A stretch of 48,446 nucleotides of DNA, filler included, from Sphacelaria rigidula (Eukaryota): the NCBI GenBank assembly GCA_964200075.2. It is 2 parts of 2 records of this genome, joined end to end, with 100 filler letters (N's around TTAATTAATTAA, not from the genome) between each part and the next. Parts side by side here need not be neighbours in the genome. Positions count along the whole stretch, not along the records: positions 24,275 to 48,446 come from CAXNAA020000218.1; 1 more part is not named here. One strand, given 5' to 3'. The translations under genes and the position numbers were made by a program. Positions 24,275-37,965 of this stretch are shown in pieces. A model generated the notes under the pieces. It saw only the letters and a list, made by a program, of their open reading frames with translations. It did no database searches and was not told the origin of the DNA. Each line of letters opens with the position of its first letter. Position 1 is the first letter of the stretch.

Positions 24275-24625
24275 GCCAGGTCGGAAGCCGCATTGCGCTT
24301 CTGGGAGGATTCCCTTCCACTCGCAGTAGGCACTGAGGCGAGTCGCAACTATCTTGAGCACCACCTTGCCCGCGTGGGACCCGAGAGAAATACCGCGGTA
24401 GGTAGTTGCTGCATTCGTACGGGTCATGTTTCTTGAAGATCACCTTGATGATAGTGTCTTTCCACTCTTGGGGTACAACTTCCTGACGCCACACGGTGAG
24501 TACGATGTCGTGGAAGTACTTCAGGATGGCAGAGTCCTCGGTGCGACCGAGCTTTAACAGTTCGCCACGGATGTCGTCCGTCCCAACGACCTCACCGTTC
24601 GCCAGTTTACCCACCGCTTGCTTCA
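24275..24625 (-). mobile_element. Frameshifted non-LTR (LINE, RTE-like) reverse transcriptase fragment at the scaffold edge
   Basis: KQAVGKLANGEVVGTDDIRGELLK...[25 protein letters not shown] / [22 protein letters not shown]...[11 protein letters not shown] are conserved N-terminal non-LTR RT motifs. There is a frame change near 24400. Confidence 0.9.
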
Positions 24626-25455
24626 CGAAAAAAAATGTACTGCAGTAGTACGTAACGACGGACGGGAAAAAAGAGAATCTGTCGGGATTCGAACTCATGA
24701 CCTCCATAATTGGAGTCTCTCGCATCACTTGAATTAAATAGGGGCGCGGCTGTGTCACACAAAACGTTGCACGCAAGGCCCGATTCAACGACTCTTCAGC
24801 TGAAATTTCACGAAGACCTTCTGCACCCAAGGAAATGATATATTGCGGGATCAGGAGTATATTCTCGTATTTTTCCTGGACTCATGACGTTATCTTGTTT
24901 TTGCTGAAATTTCAAATCCCCACAACTTTTCCCCCCCCCTTTTTTTCTTTGCTGCTCTCGAGATGTTTTGCATGTCGATCATAATAAGCTGCTGTCAAAA
25001 TTTTCAGCGTCCAACTCCTAATTTTACGCTGTGCGTCGCCTGAGCGAGAAAACTACCCACTGTTGGCTAGCCCAGCTCGTACAGAAAGCATAGGTCTCGT
25101 GGGGGGGTATTTCGGAACTGAAACGATCGATTCACTGACTGACCGCTTTCCACTCTCAGTTGTATTCTTTACTCTCAATCTCACGAAAAATATTGTTTCT
25201 GTCTCCAGTATCCACTGGGCTGTGACTGAGCTGTGCCCTCGTAAGCGCCATTTTGACGAGAGACGAACTGCGGGTATGGTGCGCTCTCCGCAGTCCTTCC
25301 AACACGTCATAATCTTCCCGGACGCGTGCTCGGGGTAATAGCGATGGGAACCAGGTATTCTTAGTAAAAAGCTTCCGCCAAGCTCTTTGGAAAAACAAAT
25401 CGCGGTTGAGTTGGAGAGGCCATCCGAAGCTAGTACACTGTATACTCGACATTAT

Positions 25456-28400
25456 TCAAGTCTTTCGTTTCTTCGAGGTGTGCCTGGTGGTGCTTGCTAC
25501 GGAGTCGTCTCCATCGCCATCGCTGTCTTCGTCTTGACTGCCTTGGCTATCGTCCTCATCCTCGCCGTCGTGCAATATCTGGAATGCACAGGACACAAAA
25601 ACACACACAGAATACAGAAAAAATTCAAGTGAGACATTACGAAAGCTCAAGTCTTCGGACCTCGCGTACATTAACTTCGCCTGAACAAAGAAGAATATGT
25701 TGTACTACAAATACATTACTTTTACATCTGAAATAGGTGATTTTCGTAGTTTTATCGTAGCCGGGGGTATTCGGAAGTGTTTTCGCGTGCCACTGCTGAT
25801 CCCGATGAACGTTTGATCCCAATGTTTGGGAATCGGGAGATACTTGGCATCCCCTCCACATTCCGATATATGATCATATCTACGCTCATCACTGAACGAC
25901 TTACGAGCTGACAGGTTTTCGGGGGTCCTGAGACTACCCAGGCCCAGGTTCTGACCCTTGAGTATTTTTTCTCGATTGAAGCAATCCCAGTCGTTTTCGT
26001 GAACAAATTATAAAAAATATTTTTCTCCAATTATAACCTATTCATCTCTAGATCCGAAAAACTGTGTTTTTTTACCAGTGACAGTCGATAACACCACCCT
26101 GATGAACAAGATACTTACTCCATATAACGTCGACAACACCAACTGAGGATTGTGTTCTGAGCACGACCCGTTTCTCTTCCGAATATCTATCGACGCTAGG
26201 ACTTTCAAGCGCCAAGGACGGACACTACACGAGATAATTCAGAAAAGTACCCAAAACGAAAATTGCCCAACCGAGCTCTGCATAGCACAGGCGGAGGTGA
26301 ACCAATTCCGATCACTCTCATGAATAATTTCACGAACCCTCATTTTTTTATTCTTACCTATTCATTGCGCTTAAGCCGAAAAGAAATGTGTTTTGGACCA
26401 AAAACGGTCAACAACACCCCCTATCAATTCAGCTCGAAAGTCGTTCAATCTTGAGCGCAGATACGATTTTTGTTTCGGAATGTGGAGCGGATGCCTAGTA
26501 TCTCCCGACTACCAAACGAAGGGATCAACCGCTCGCTGGGATGAGCGGTGGCACGCGAAAAAAAAAAATCGAAAATCGCCGACTCCGAAAAAATTACAAA
26601 AAACTCCAAGGGCAGGTCGAGTAGAGTATACTCAATTGCGGGGTATTTTGAAAGACATACTTGAAGTACACAAATTGGGGGTAGGGTTTTAGGGATCGCT
26701 TTCCAGTTATTCTTCAAGTAGGACTCTTAACACCCTACCCTAATTTGAGTACCTCAAGTGCGTCTTTCAAAACACCCCGCAACTGAGTATACTCTACTCG
26801 GCCTGCCCTTGAAAAACTCCTATTTCAAATGAAAACTACTATATACGGTCTAGCTTGAGGAGGTGTGAACGTGTGGCACATTGTTTGGAGTACGCCAGCT
26901 TGATCCTTCACACGCCGGGCCTCCAAACGACCACACAGCGCTTCAGGGTTTGCAAGGCGTGGTACGTGAACATAAATAAATGATGACGGGTAGAGACCTT
27001 TGCCCCTGGAACGAAAACTCCGTAACACGTTGATATCCCTCTGTCTGTGTACAGGGGAATGAAGGGCGGCACCGGTTGCTAATGGGGACGGCTTCCCGCC
27101 TACTGACTTCGATTTATAACTGGATCGAACTCGGAATGCCGGGCAAAAAATCCTACCCGAAGGATGAGTGGAAAGATACATCAACGTATACTGTACGGTG
27201 ATACAAACAGTAGTCTATTTTCAGATACTGCGGAGGGTTTGAAGGACACTGGCGCCCTCGAAGCTGTCAGTGAAACTGGCTATCCATACCAGGAGGCTTG
27301 GAAACACTTGGCCCTGCGAAAATATTGGTTAAGCGCCCGTTCTAAGGGAGCGTCTGCCACCAAGACGTTTTCTGGGCTCCAAGGAAATCGTGGAAGACAC
27401 TCGCTGCACCTCGATGAATATCAAGTGCTTGGCATAAACAAGCGTGATGTGAGCTTCCCTAAGACAACTCCCGTGCAGATCAAGGACAAGGAGCGAAGCC
27501 AAGGTGTGGTTGCGCATGACAGTACAGTGCCGACGACAGCCTGCCTGCGCTACCTTGCCTTCCCATCGCCTACGTAGAGTAACTTGAGCCCGCCCTCTCT
27601 TGGCGAGATGACGTCGAACAAAGGATGCTGTACCGTAAACAAGTCGCGACAGAAAGTTTGTAGGTTGGCTAGGCGGCACGTATTACGACCCCCGAAGTCA
27701 ATTCTTATACTGAGAGGTACCTGGAAGTATACTTCGACTCAAACATACGTGAAGTCAATGCGTCGGCCACTTGCATTCGATCGTAGCCAGTCATGGGCTT
27801 CCTCGTGTCTATAGCATACTTCGACTTGAAGGCTCACCTCGCTCATGAGCTGCATTCGCAAGTCATTCAAAACCGTCTTCTCCTCGTTCACAAGCATCCC
27901 TGCGAGGCTTTCCGCATCAACCCCGACACCCTGCCCTTCCCCGACAGGATTGTTACCACCATTAATAGGCTCACTTCCCCCTCCCCCCACCCCCCTGATA
28001 CAGCGGTACTCTCGTGCCTTGGCCTGTGCGATCGCTGCAATTGCCGCATATGCCACCTCCTCATCGCTGCTCATGGTCAGAATCTGACGCGGACGAAACG
28101 CGGACGAGACACAGAGGAAGGGATATAGCTGGGCTGAAGGCTCACAGAAAACGGCCACTTCATTAGCCCTCCCTTGCAAAGTGCGTGTAGTAGATGTTGG
28201 TGGTGATGGTGATGATGATGATGATCAGCCAGCAGCACCCACAAGTCTAATCCAACTTTGGAAGTTCGATTCATATATGAGCACACCGCATCTGCTAAGT
28301 GCTTCTCGCAGACAGTTTGTTCGCATTTCATGTTCGAGCTACATGTTGCCCTCCTTTTGTCATGTCCAGAAATATGTCAGGAAAATAAAAGGCGTACTTC

Positions 28401-31400
28401 TTATGGACGCGGCGTCTATCTTGTGACCACCCACCGCAGGATTCACGCCCAAAACGCAACAGGTCCTAGTACACGCACACGCGCGCGCGCACACACACAC
28501 CAACGGCAACATGAACGTTCGGACTGCAAGGGCATACAGTCCATTTCTAAGTCCACGCTACTTTAGAGCTATTGCTTATCGTTGTACCTTGACTGTTGCA
28601 ACCCGAAGGTTTTACAGCAACGATTTTCTAAGCGCTGTACGGACTGAGACTCCCCCAACGAGAAGCAGCGAAAAAATAAAAGCTTGACAGGCAACAGGTG
28701 CTGATGCTTTAGAAGCGGCCCTGGCGGGTTTATTATTTCAAAACAAAATCTACGGCGAGGCGTTCACCTTACTACACTGCTCTAACCTGCACTCTGTCTA
28801 TCAGACTTTCCGGCAGCAGGTCATACTTGGAGATCACAAACGCTTCTTGGGTCTCTTCGACATCATCATTGCTGTCGACCATGGCTAATCGCCGCTCCCA
28901 CGTTGCTTTCGCCTCCGCCTTCTTCATTTTGCTGCCCTCCAATTTCACGAACGTGTTATGACACACGCTCACAACGAGCTTGGTCGGGATGACCACGTTG
29001 TCGAACGGGTTCCTGCAGCGAGGCACGCCCAGGACAGCGAGTAAATATCAGACGTACGAAACAGCTAGGTCAAAACATCTTAACCAGCAGCATTTAGAGC
29101 GGAACTTGCAAGTGTACTGCAAAGTTTCGTTTGAATTATTGATCGATCGAACGAAATTTCGAAGAAAATAGACGCACGTACGGCCACGTGCGTCCTCCAC
29201 GAGCTCGGGTTCTAACCATGCAGCGCGCTGCGAGTATCCTCGTTTGAATGGCGTACTAGCGATGATGGTTAGCCCCCATGTCGGAAAACTTTCAACACGA
29301 GCAAAAGCAAGTCATGCGGGAGTGTGTATCCCGTAGCCGGTGGTTAACGCCGGGATGGCTCTGTACAAAAGGATCGTAACCCACCAGGGCTTACGGGGGA
29401 CAAACCCCGCTCTTTCATGTGAAGAACGTTTGGCTGCTTGAGCAGAACACAGAATCGACTTCCAAGTGTTGTGTTACGGACCAGCCCTTGAATGTTTCCC
29501 GCGCATTGATTTTACCTGTTTTGAAGCTTGTACTGATGGAATCACGGGATAAAACTTATTATAGCCTGATCCCTCCAACGATCATCGTCCAAGTAAATGG
29601 GGACGCAATCGCCCTAATCCCCCGCGATGCACGTTGTAATGCAAAAAGCACCTCCCGAGATGGCGCTTGGGTGTATTGACAGCTACCGCGACACTTTGGC
29701 CGTCATCTGTTCTTGAACCGCCAACGATGGTCTGAAGCTGACGGGCTGCCAACAGTCAGTGTAACTCCGACCCCCCGAAAGCATCGTGCCCACGGAATCC
29801 CCATCCTAACACCATCGCAAAGGCAACAACAGAGACGATCGCGTACAAGACTCCTACTTCACACTTACCCACGGGAATGCTACGATAAATACTGCCCTAT
29901 CTTTTGCAGCATCTTCACTACAAGGGTGTGTCGTGTTAAGATCAAGAGTGACTTGAGTAACCAGACCACTGAGATAATGCACTGTGACCAAGAACAATCG
30001 CTGTAGATCCTACACGAGAGCGAGCTGCTTGTCGCTCAAAGTTCGTGTATCAAGCAGCCGAACGTAAACTACTCTGCTCCAGCGTAGCCCCTCACCCTGG
30101 TAAGACGAAGCCGTAAGAGTTGAGCAGCTGTGCATTGGAGAGGTTTCCGAAACTGCTGAAGATTTCGTCGCCTGCCTTGACCGGGTGAACCTGTTCATGC
30201 CACCAGGACAGGGAGACATCGTTTCGTTGCACTCGAAATATCTACAAAGCTGCGTGGAACATGAGTCTCCCAGAACACAATAATTGCATTCGTTGAACTC
30301 GTGGATTCTTGCAAGCGAGCCTACGATACTGTTACGTGCGTGCTCAGGTCAATCAAGGCCGAGACAGCGCGCATTGGGTTTTATGCATTGATGCTCATGG
30401 GCACGATTTGCTGAGCCGAGTTTGTTCATCAGCGCACGTATAAGCGGCAAGTCTGCTCGTTCTGGTGTACCCCTATATTTGGACGCACAGAAGACGTCGC
30501 ATAGATCATGCACACCACATTTTTCAACCAAGTACTCACGAGCATAATCCCATCAGTTACGAACGGCACATTTTGTATAGAACAACATTTCGACAGACGC
30601 TGCGACAGCCAGCCGCCGCGGTGTACGTGTGGGGAACCCACGTTGCCCTCGTGGCTGCTCTGGCTGACTATCGCTGCTGCTTCTCCTTGCTGCAACACCA
30701 CCTTCGTCGGCGTGTCTGATGCGTTGATTTCGAAAAGAGCGGCGAAGGCAACACGAAAAATGGATCGACTCCCTTTCTGACCATCGCCCTACCACAGTCA
30801 GCAAAAACGAAGGGCACCTACGAAATCTGTAAAATCTACGGAATCCACGAAATAGATAAGAGTCAACAAAAAATATTCATACTGTCGTCGGTAACCGACC
30901 GTTTTCATGACGAAGTGGTCCTCTCCATCCGTTGACATCTGCACCGACTGCTTATCCGGGTCATGATTGAACATGTCTGCTCCAGGGATCATATGAGGAT
31001 CGCCCATGACTGTGAAGCCCCTGGAGCGCACCTGAGTGTCATCGAACAAGTCGTCGATTGTTTCAGGCGCAGGAGCTGTCAGCGATCACGGAATACTATC
31101 GGGCGATGGTCATTCCTTCAAAGATCAACGTGCCTTGTCCCGGGGGGAAACGACAATCATGGAAATGCAATAGGTGCGAATGCGGTTTGTTCAATTTCGG
31201 TACAGTTTCAGGGCGAGTGTGGCCCGTCGCTGACGACTGGAGAAAGACAGCGAACCAAGGATGTCGATTACCCCAGATTAGACTAATAACTTACCGTAAT
31301 TTCCTGAAATGAGCAGCTTTAATAACTTACCTCTAAGTACCGCAAAAACGGGGATGATTTGTGGTGTATCCCCGGGTTTCCACGGTTCTAACTAAAACCA

Positions 31401-34400
31401 GTATATTAACGCCAGAGAGGAGGTTTGGACGCACTTTGCGCGTTTGTAATGCACTTCTCATGTATGTATAGCAGGACACATGTACTCCGGTGTAGTGCTC
31501 TGTATGTATTATGTATATCTACATGTATGGATGCATGTGTTGATACTTGTATTACGTATGTTGCATGTTTATATGTTTATTGTAGACTATTTCGCATCAC
31601 TTGTTTCGCATACATTGCGTATGTACTTGTACGCAAGGTACGAAGTACAAGTACTTCGAGTACATTTTATTACGTCTCTTCGTCGTACCAATGATCTTTT
31701 TCGTAGTACCACACTTCCGCACCATCATTCCACCCCATCCTATCACTGCTATCATATTGTCGCCTTGTCGCCGCCGGTCTTTTTTCAATTTGTGAATGCA
31801 AGTAAGTCCGATGAAGCGTGCTGTCAGCCCGGTAAACCTAGCAGTCGCTGCACGCCCCTCGACACCTTCGGGCTCAAGACTTATTGGGCAAGATGAAAAC
31901 CCCAGACTCCTTCGGGAGGAATAATCCCCAACGCTGTTCGTGCTCATGCCCGTCCGCTGTTCGTGTAGAGCTGTAGGGGTGTAGATTTGCTGCTGTCTGG
32001 TACTGCTGCTTTTACGAGTAGAGGCTACGTGGAATGCAAAAGGGAGGCCCGTGGATGCGACCGAAATTTGGGGCCCGTAGTACCACCAAAATATGTATTA
32101 CCTACCCCCCCATAGGTGTTACCGGTAATTGCGGGTGCACAGGCAATCGACATCCTTGCTGCGAACGTTAAAAGTATTCATATTCAGGTACTGTATGCAT
32201 GATACTTATACCCAGAGGGGGGTACCGCCGAGCCAGCTCGTGCGGACAGCGAGTGACAGACGGGTCAGAATGCCACGAAGATGATCGAAGCTCTTGAAAG
32301 TCAAACGCCCCTCGAAGGTATACTATCGGAGTTCATCAGGATGCCGCGGTTATTGTGACGGTCTCGTCAAACTATTGGGATGGTGCCTCCCACGTCAAAA
32401 ACATCGTCGCTCCTATGACGGTACGGTAGCAGTCAGAGCGAGTAAGACATTTCAAAGCGAGCCGGTGGCAGTGTACAACGCTACGTTCGACACTGGGAGC
32501 AAAATCAGACAGGCAGACATACAGCGTGCTTTCTGGCAACTGCGCCGTCAACATTTCCATAGGCGTGTTCAGCCTAAGAAAGAGGACACAGCAATGCGTA
32601 TCCCTTGTTTCCCATGAACATAAAAGTAAATAAAATCCGCATGATTGATCTGCACCTCCGTAGTAGGCGACTCACTACTCGTTACTTGCAGATTGACTAG
32701 GCAGCGGCAACCTACCCTTGAAAAAAGGCAAAGCACAGCAACGAACGCAAACAGGTAGGTAGGACTCAGGACTCACCCAATTGACCCCCTTCGCAAACTG
32801 AGCCTTGGTGCACACACTCGGCTCCCACAGAGTCGGATGCAACTTCACGATTCGCTCAAATTTCTGAAACTGACTGTCCAGGCTTCCTCTTCGTACTAGC
32901 GGCTCTGCCGACGTGCCCTGTGTTCCGCGTGCCGCGCCGTCGAATTTTCATGATGACGCGTCGGAGGTAAAAATGAATGTCGGCAGGTGAGAAAACACTT
33001 GGGACGCCATCCTCCGAACAGCAGGACTGAGCGTAGAAATATGCTCTCGTACTTCGTCGTAAGCATTCCAGTGCTTTTATATCAGAAGTACGAAATTTCA
33101 CTCGACAAGTGAGGACTGTCTCAACAGCACCAACGAAACACGTCTGTGCAAAACACACTGTAGTTTGCACAAGCAAGACGGCATAACGCATTTCACGACG
33201 AGCCATGAGTGTACACAGCACGCAAAACAACACGAATGATGAGCTGCTTGGCAACACCGGAACTCAACCCCTTCTCTACTTAACGGCGAGGCTCTAATGC
33301 TCAACAAGACTACCCGTGGCCCTGTAAAAGTCGCGGCGATCATAAAAGTGATCAAGAAAAAATCAATGCGATGAAGGAGAACATCCAACTACGACGGACG
33401 CCGGCATGAAACCCAATAAAACCGCACGCCCCGTAAGACTGGGCAAGCAATAATTGCAGGTCAACAGGCAATCCTGATGAATATTTAATGGCACGATGAA
33501 GACGACGGAACACTGTCTATCTGTTGTTCTTGTAACGCGGAGCAGTGGCAACAGCAAATCCTCGCCGTGTCCAGTTCTTCGTTTCATGGAGTGCGATGAG
33601 AGGGCCGACCAATGCTAAACGTACGTCCGCCGGAAAACAACTCTCGCGAAAGCACACGGCATGCTCATGCACCTCTAATAAGTCCAGCTCTGCCTCGTTC
33701 CATTCCATAGGTAGCCGGTGGTCTCGCGGCAGCACGCTGAGGTAGGCGTGAAAGGGCGACGCCTCCCCCAATCCTTTTTCGTGAAGGAGGCTGAGTACCG
33801 TGAAGCACGCTCGTGTTAACCGGGGTGCGACTGTCAAGGTGTTGCTGCCTCGTATGGCGGGAACGCAAGGGTTAGGCAGGGCGGGGGCGGGGGCGGGGGC
33901 GGGGGGTGATTGCCATAGTTGAGAAGACATCGACACAACACTCGAGAGATGAGGGAGTGAGCATTAGGTTGGCACGACAGACAGGGCGCGACACGCGTGG
34001 TCAGCAGGGATATACTGCAGTTCAGTTCAGTTATCTTAGTTGAGGCTGTCGTTTCATGAATCGAAAATGATTCGTACAAATCTATGCGAGGGTTGTGAGG
34101 AGGCCGCTAGACATCAGTTGTTTCATCAGTCATCCATGCTCATGTGGAGGGGAAAACGATGGAACCAGTGTGGGTAAGACGAGGTGGAGTCCGAGGCTTC
34201 CTGAGATGACTCATGAGCTATACAAATGGTCAAGTGCTACTATAATAATCACCTGGAAGAAATAGTACTTCCTGGGAAATACGAAATGAAAACCCTCCCC
34301 AAGGAACAAAAAACAGAACACTTTCACGATTATTTATTTTTTTGCTTGCATACCCGAACTTGTCCGTGGCTGGCGTGGCGTCCTCAGCGGAGGCCATCGC

Positions 34401-35456
34401 TTTTTTCCAGTCGTCTTTGGATACATCTGTTGTCTCCGGTCCGATGCAACATCTTCGGGCCACGCGAACGAGCGCAACGTCTGCTTGGATATCCTTCGTA
34501 GCCACTACGCCTCGATAGCCCTGTATGAGATGACCAAAACATCCTGATAATTTCTGCACTGCTGCTATTAATTCTCGATTAGAGGGTTGTGCCATGCACT
34601 ATGAATATCTGCACTACAACGGGTGGTTTGGGGGAGACGCAAATACCTCTACACATTGCACTGTTGCGTGAATCCGAGACAGCGGAGGGCTGCGAGTGTA
34701 CCAGGTGCTCTGTCACCTCTATACACGGCCATTGAGAACTTTCATGATTATGTACTATCATCCGACATATCTGGAGTACTGTGTATCTGCATCACATGGG
34801 GAACGTGAGCATCACAATCCAATCCGGGTGTTTCATGCCCTCCTCACCTCTCGAAACTGGTGAAACATATCGATATCTGGGCAAAATTCGATGTCATCCT
34901 GCAACCGTGCCCAGTCCAGAAATCGTGTCTTGGCCTGTATCGCGATGGCAACCACAGAAAGTTTTGCATTGCGAGCAATTCAATCGTCAAACATGCGTGA
35001 GATATCTCCGCCCATTTGTCAAGAAAGAAGGCGCCCGTACTACTACCGTCAGCACGGTGTGCTATACAGTATAATAGTACGTCTTGCGGCAACCTGCTTC
35101 AGGGGCTTGGGTGAAAATGTTTACACCCATGCCTGAATGATGATGTTTCATCCTCGATTTTCTCAATAATTGAATCCCACGCCGTCGAAAACTTCATCAA
35201 TGGAATGACGTCGCTGAAATCTGTTAACCGTCGTAGTCATATGGTGCAGGGGTCGTGATTGTCATGAAAATCAACAAGGTTGAGATCTTGTGATGCAGAA
35301 GGGGGTGTTATACACCGTTACCGATGGTATCTGTAGCATCACATCTGTAAAACGATCGTTTCTATCTGATGTAATATGCTCCTTTCATCACTTACCTCAT
35401 CTCCGACCACAATAGTAGAAGGTGGGGCCACTTTAGCAGAATCCATGGACCTATAC
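25456..35456 (-). CDS. SET-domain protein-lysine methyltransferase of the SETD6/RKM4/Rubisco-LSMT type (5' end unresolved)
   Basis: Phase-consistent exons (minus): 35456-35396 (tentative), 34520-34354, 33844-33673, 32917-32777, 31031-30900, 30190-30096, 29012-28787, 28083-27838, 25578-25456 (TGA). Motifs: GYRGVVATKDI, LLHEKGLGEASPFHAYLSVLP..PMEWNEAELDLLEGT, WVRSRGF..MIPGADMFNH, VKAGDEIFSSFGNLSNAQLLNSYGFVLPGNPFD, EEKTVL. Confidence 0.9.
25715..26845. mobile_element. Non-autonomous long-TIR (foldback) element in the last SET intron (ends approximate)
   Basis: Left arm catctgaaataggtgattttcgtag...ttttcgcgtgccactgctgatccc...gggagatacttggcatcccctccacattccga is the reverse complement of right arm tcggaatgtggagcggatgcctagtatctccc...gcggtggcacgcgaaaa...[hAT insert]ctatttcaaatg. 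Internal gtc.a.aacacc repeats occur at ~26084, 26129 and 26407. Confidence 0.7.
26607..26811. mobile_element. hAT-like MITE (205 bp) with a perfect 8-bp TSD
   Basis: AAAAACTC|CAAGGGCAGGTCGAGTAGAGTATACTCAATTGCGGGGT...ACCCCGCAACTGAGTATACTCTACTCGGCCTGCCCTTG|AAAAACTC, with TIRs of ~80 bp. Confidence 0.88.
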
Positions 35457-37586
35457 CTGTTGACGTTGATATATCGTCTGTAGCTCTCTTGCCTCTACAC
35501 GGTCGGCGTTGGCACGATCAGTCAGCTGCTGCCAGGTTTTCCGACACACCTCAAAGGATTTAGTCCACTGAATCAATCCTTTGGTCATTATCCACATACG
35601 ATATATCAACAACATTCAACATTTCACGGACGTGAAGCTTGGTTGTGACCATTACATTTACTCTTTGCTAAAGTCATATATGATTCTAAGACACCTGGTG
35701 ACTGTAGATGTTTTTTGTCAGAACTTCGACACTCTCGGTTTATATTATCGCGGGTTTGAATTCCAGACTCTGTGGCGATAATATCCGAACGTTGACGGTA
35801 GGCACACTACAGCGGTTGGAGCGACTCTATCGTTTGCGGTGACGGATGGGTCCTAAACGCTCGTTACCAGGAGGAGATAGTCGGGGTAGAAGAGATTTAA
35901 TGAAGAGAAGATCTACCAGTAGAGTTGGTGGCCCGCGGCAAAGGTCAACGGGCGCCAAGCGTCCACGACAGGCAAGCTCAAGTCATCGATATGTTCTCAG
36001 CTACCCATAGCCACCCCCCGCCGGCAGCGATGCAGCACATCTCAGTTCGTACGTAGTAGATTACTGTATCTGGGTATGACTGCTGCTTACTTCTATGTGA
36101 AGCCGGTGTCCATAGAAAACACTGATACTGTGCGTGATTCAACCTCCAGAGTGCAGCAGTTGGTGGGGACATGCTCACTTGCGTGACGTTGTGGAGGATC
36201 ACACAACCAGCCAGTCGGCCGCCCGGTACTGTACTGGTATGGATATTTACTTGCGACTGTGATGCTGTACCACGCACGGCTGCACACCATACGCGTAGCT
36301 TGAATACACTTTTTCTGTAGTGTATAAATGCAGCATGAGTAAGGCTCGCGTTTCCGTCGGTGTTGTCAATCGGACCGGGTAAATATCGTGTCCTATCGTT
36401 GTATTGTCGTAGCCATAGATGACGGGGGATACCACCCCCAACCTCCTGATCGGGCAGTGGGAGAGGACATGGTCATTTTGCAGCACCAATTGTGCATTGG
36501 TGAGCCGAGCATGCCGTCTGTCAAATCGGATAGACAATATTTTCCGGCTACTGTACAAGCCAGTGAGTGAGTGGTGCACTTTAGGCCCCATCCCCGGGTG
36601 AATCACCTTTTTTTTGCCGTCGATGGTCCAGAATGGTCGTCGTTCGTGTAAAAGTAAAGGCAAGGCCTACACCGGAAGGCTGCTGCCACGCATATACAGC
36701 CAGTGGAGTAACTGTCTCGTCGTCATCATGACAGTAAAAAATTATATCGTATGGTATAGTACAGTAGTAGCCGTGATCGCACCAACAATAGTACATGATG
36801 CAGTATGGTCAACACGTCAACACACCCAACTGTTTCTAAGCAGCTGAATGACGTGACATTTTTGGTGGGCGTGTACTGTACATGCTGCAGGCGGCGCGTG
36901 CGAATAGCGTGATGACTTTGTGTTTGAGGTTTAGGGAATTTACCCTCTTCAACTTCCACCCCCCAACTGAGCAGGGCAAGCACAGGTTGGCATATATACA
37001 CACGAGCAACTTTTCCTCACAAACCCCTGTTGCTCAAGGGGGAACTCGTGGCGTCGCAAGTTGCATCAGGAGAGCCGACCTCGGTTGAGTTTTGCGTTTC
37101 CAACATGCAGGCGAGAAAATGCCTCACAACAACACATAGTCCTGCCCGCTCAACCTAGGCTCCTGCAATCCTCTTGATCGAACCTAAACACAATTAGATT
37201 CGTTTGGGCGTTCACCCGGTCTACCAGCACCCATCTACGCATAAACTACTGCCATACTTCACAAACTGGCAGAGCTGTCAGACACCGGACTCTCGAAACA
37301 GAAGGCCATAGGCACCAAAAAACATTCACCGTTTGATTGCGAAGTGTCGGGCGTGAATCCACAACGCCAACGCATCACTCTTTGCATCGATTTTTGTATA
37401 CCATTACAATTGCTTCGACGGTACAGATCCCAAACTTTTCGCGGTCCTACAGTTAACACTGACGGCACACAGTTGTGCATGTGACGTTTTGTCGGGCTGG
37501 CTATTTTGGGGGGTTCGGAGTGCTTGCTCTAGGGAAAGACACACCTACATCGAAACGGGGGTCTGGGTCCGCCGGGCCGTCGCCAC

Positions 37587-37965
37587 CAGGGTTAGAAAAA
37601 GTCCACGCGGGCCTACGCTGGCGCAGGTTATTAGGGAAAAGTGGGCAATGCGCAGGCAGCTGTTGTGAGTTTTTGCCGCAGGGAAAAAAATTGGGCCGCA
37701 CTTATTTCGCCTCCGGCGAAAACAAAATCTGCGGCCCTCTTTTTCTCGCAATTTTTTCCAGGGTGCGTTTTTTCGCCGCGAGGCTCATACCGTCGAAATG
37801 GCCCTATTTTGACGAAATCTAGGCGCCTTTTCGAAAGGAAACCCCCCCAAAAAATCACTCCGCGGGGCCCCTCCGGGGGGGCCTACGCGGCCGGCGCCCT
37901 CCGGGGGCCCTCCCGGGGGCCGCATGTCGCCTTCGGCTCCCGCCGGCGGAATTTTTCTAACGCTG
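37587..37965. mobile_element. hAT-like MITE (379 bp) between the divergent SET and RRP9 genes
   Basis: TIRs are CAGGGTTAGAAAAAGTCC and GGAATTTTTCTAACGCTG (16/18 match). The 8-bp flanks GTCGCCAC and ATTGCCAC match 6/8. GC-rich subterminal repeats (ccctccggggg) are present. Confidence 0.7.

Noticed and set aside
26676-26745. Telomere-like GGGTAGGGTTTTAGGG / CCCTACCCTAA
   Set aside because: Only a couple of degenerate units, which form the inner part of the MITE's inverted repeats.
27164-27679. 137-aa plus and 116-aa minus ORFs, or an extra SET exon
   Set aside because: No recognisable motifs, and the flanking SET exons splice in phase without it. An alternative exon cannot be fully excluded.
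31440-31690. TATG/GTAC-rich region
   Set aside because: Degenerate low-complexity sequence without regular periodicity or clear termini.
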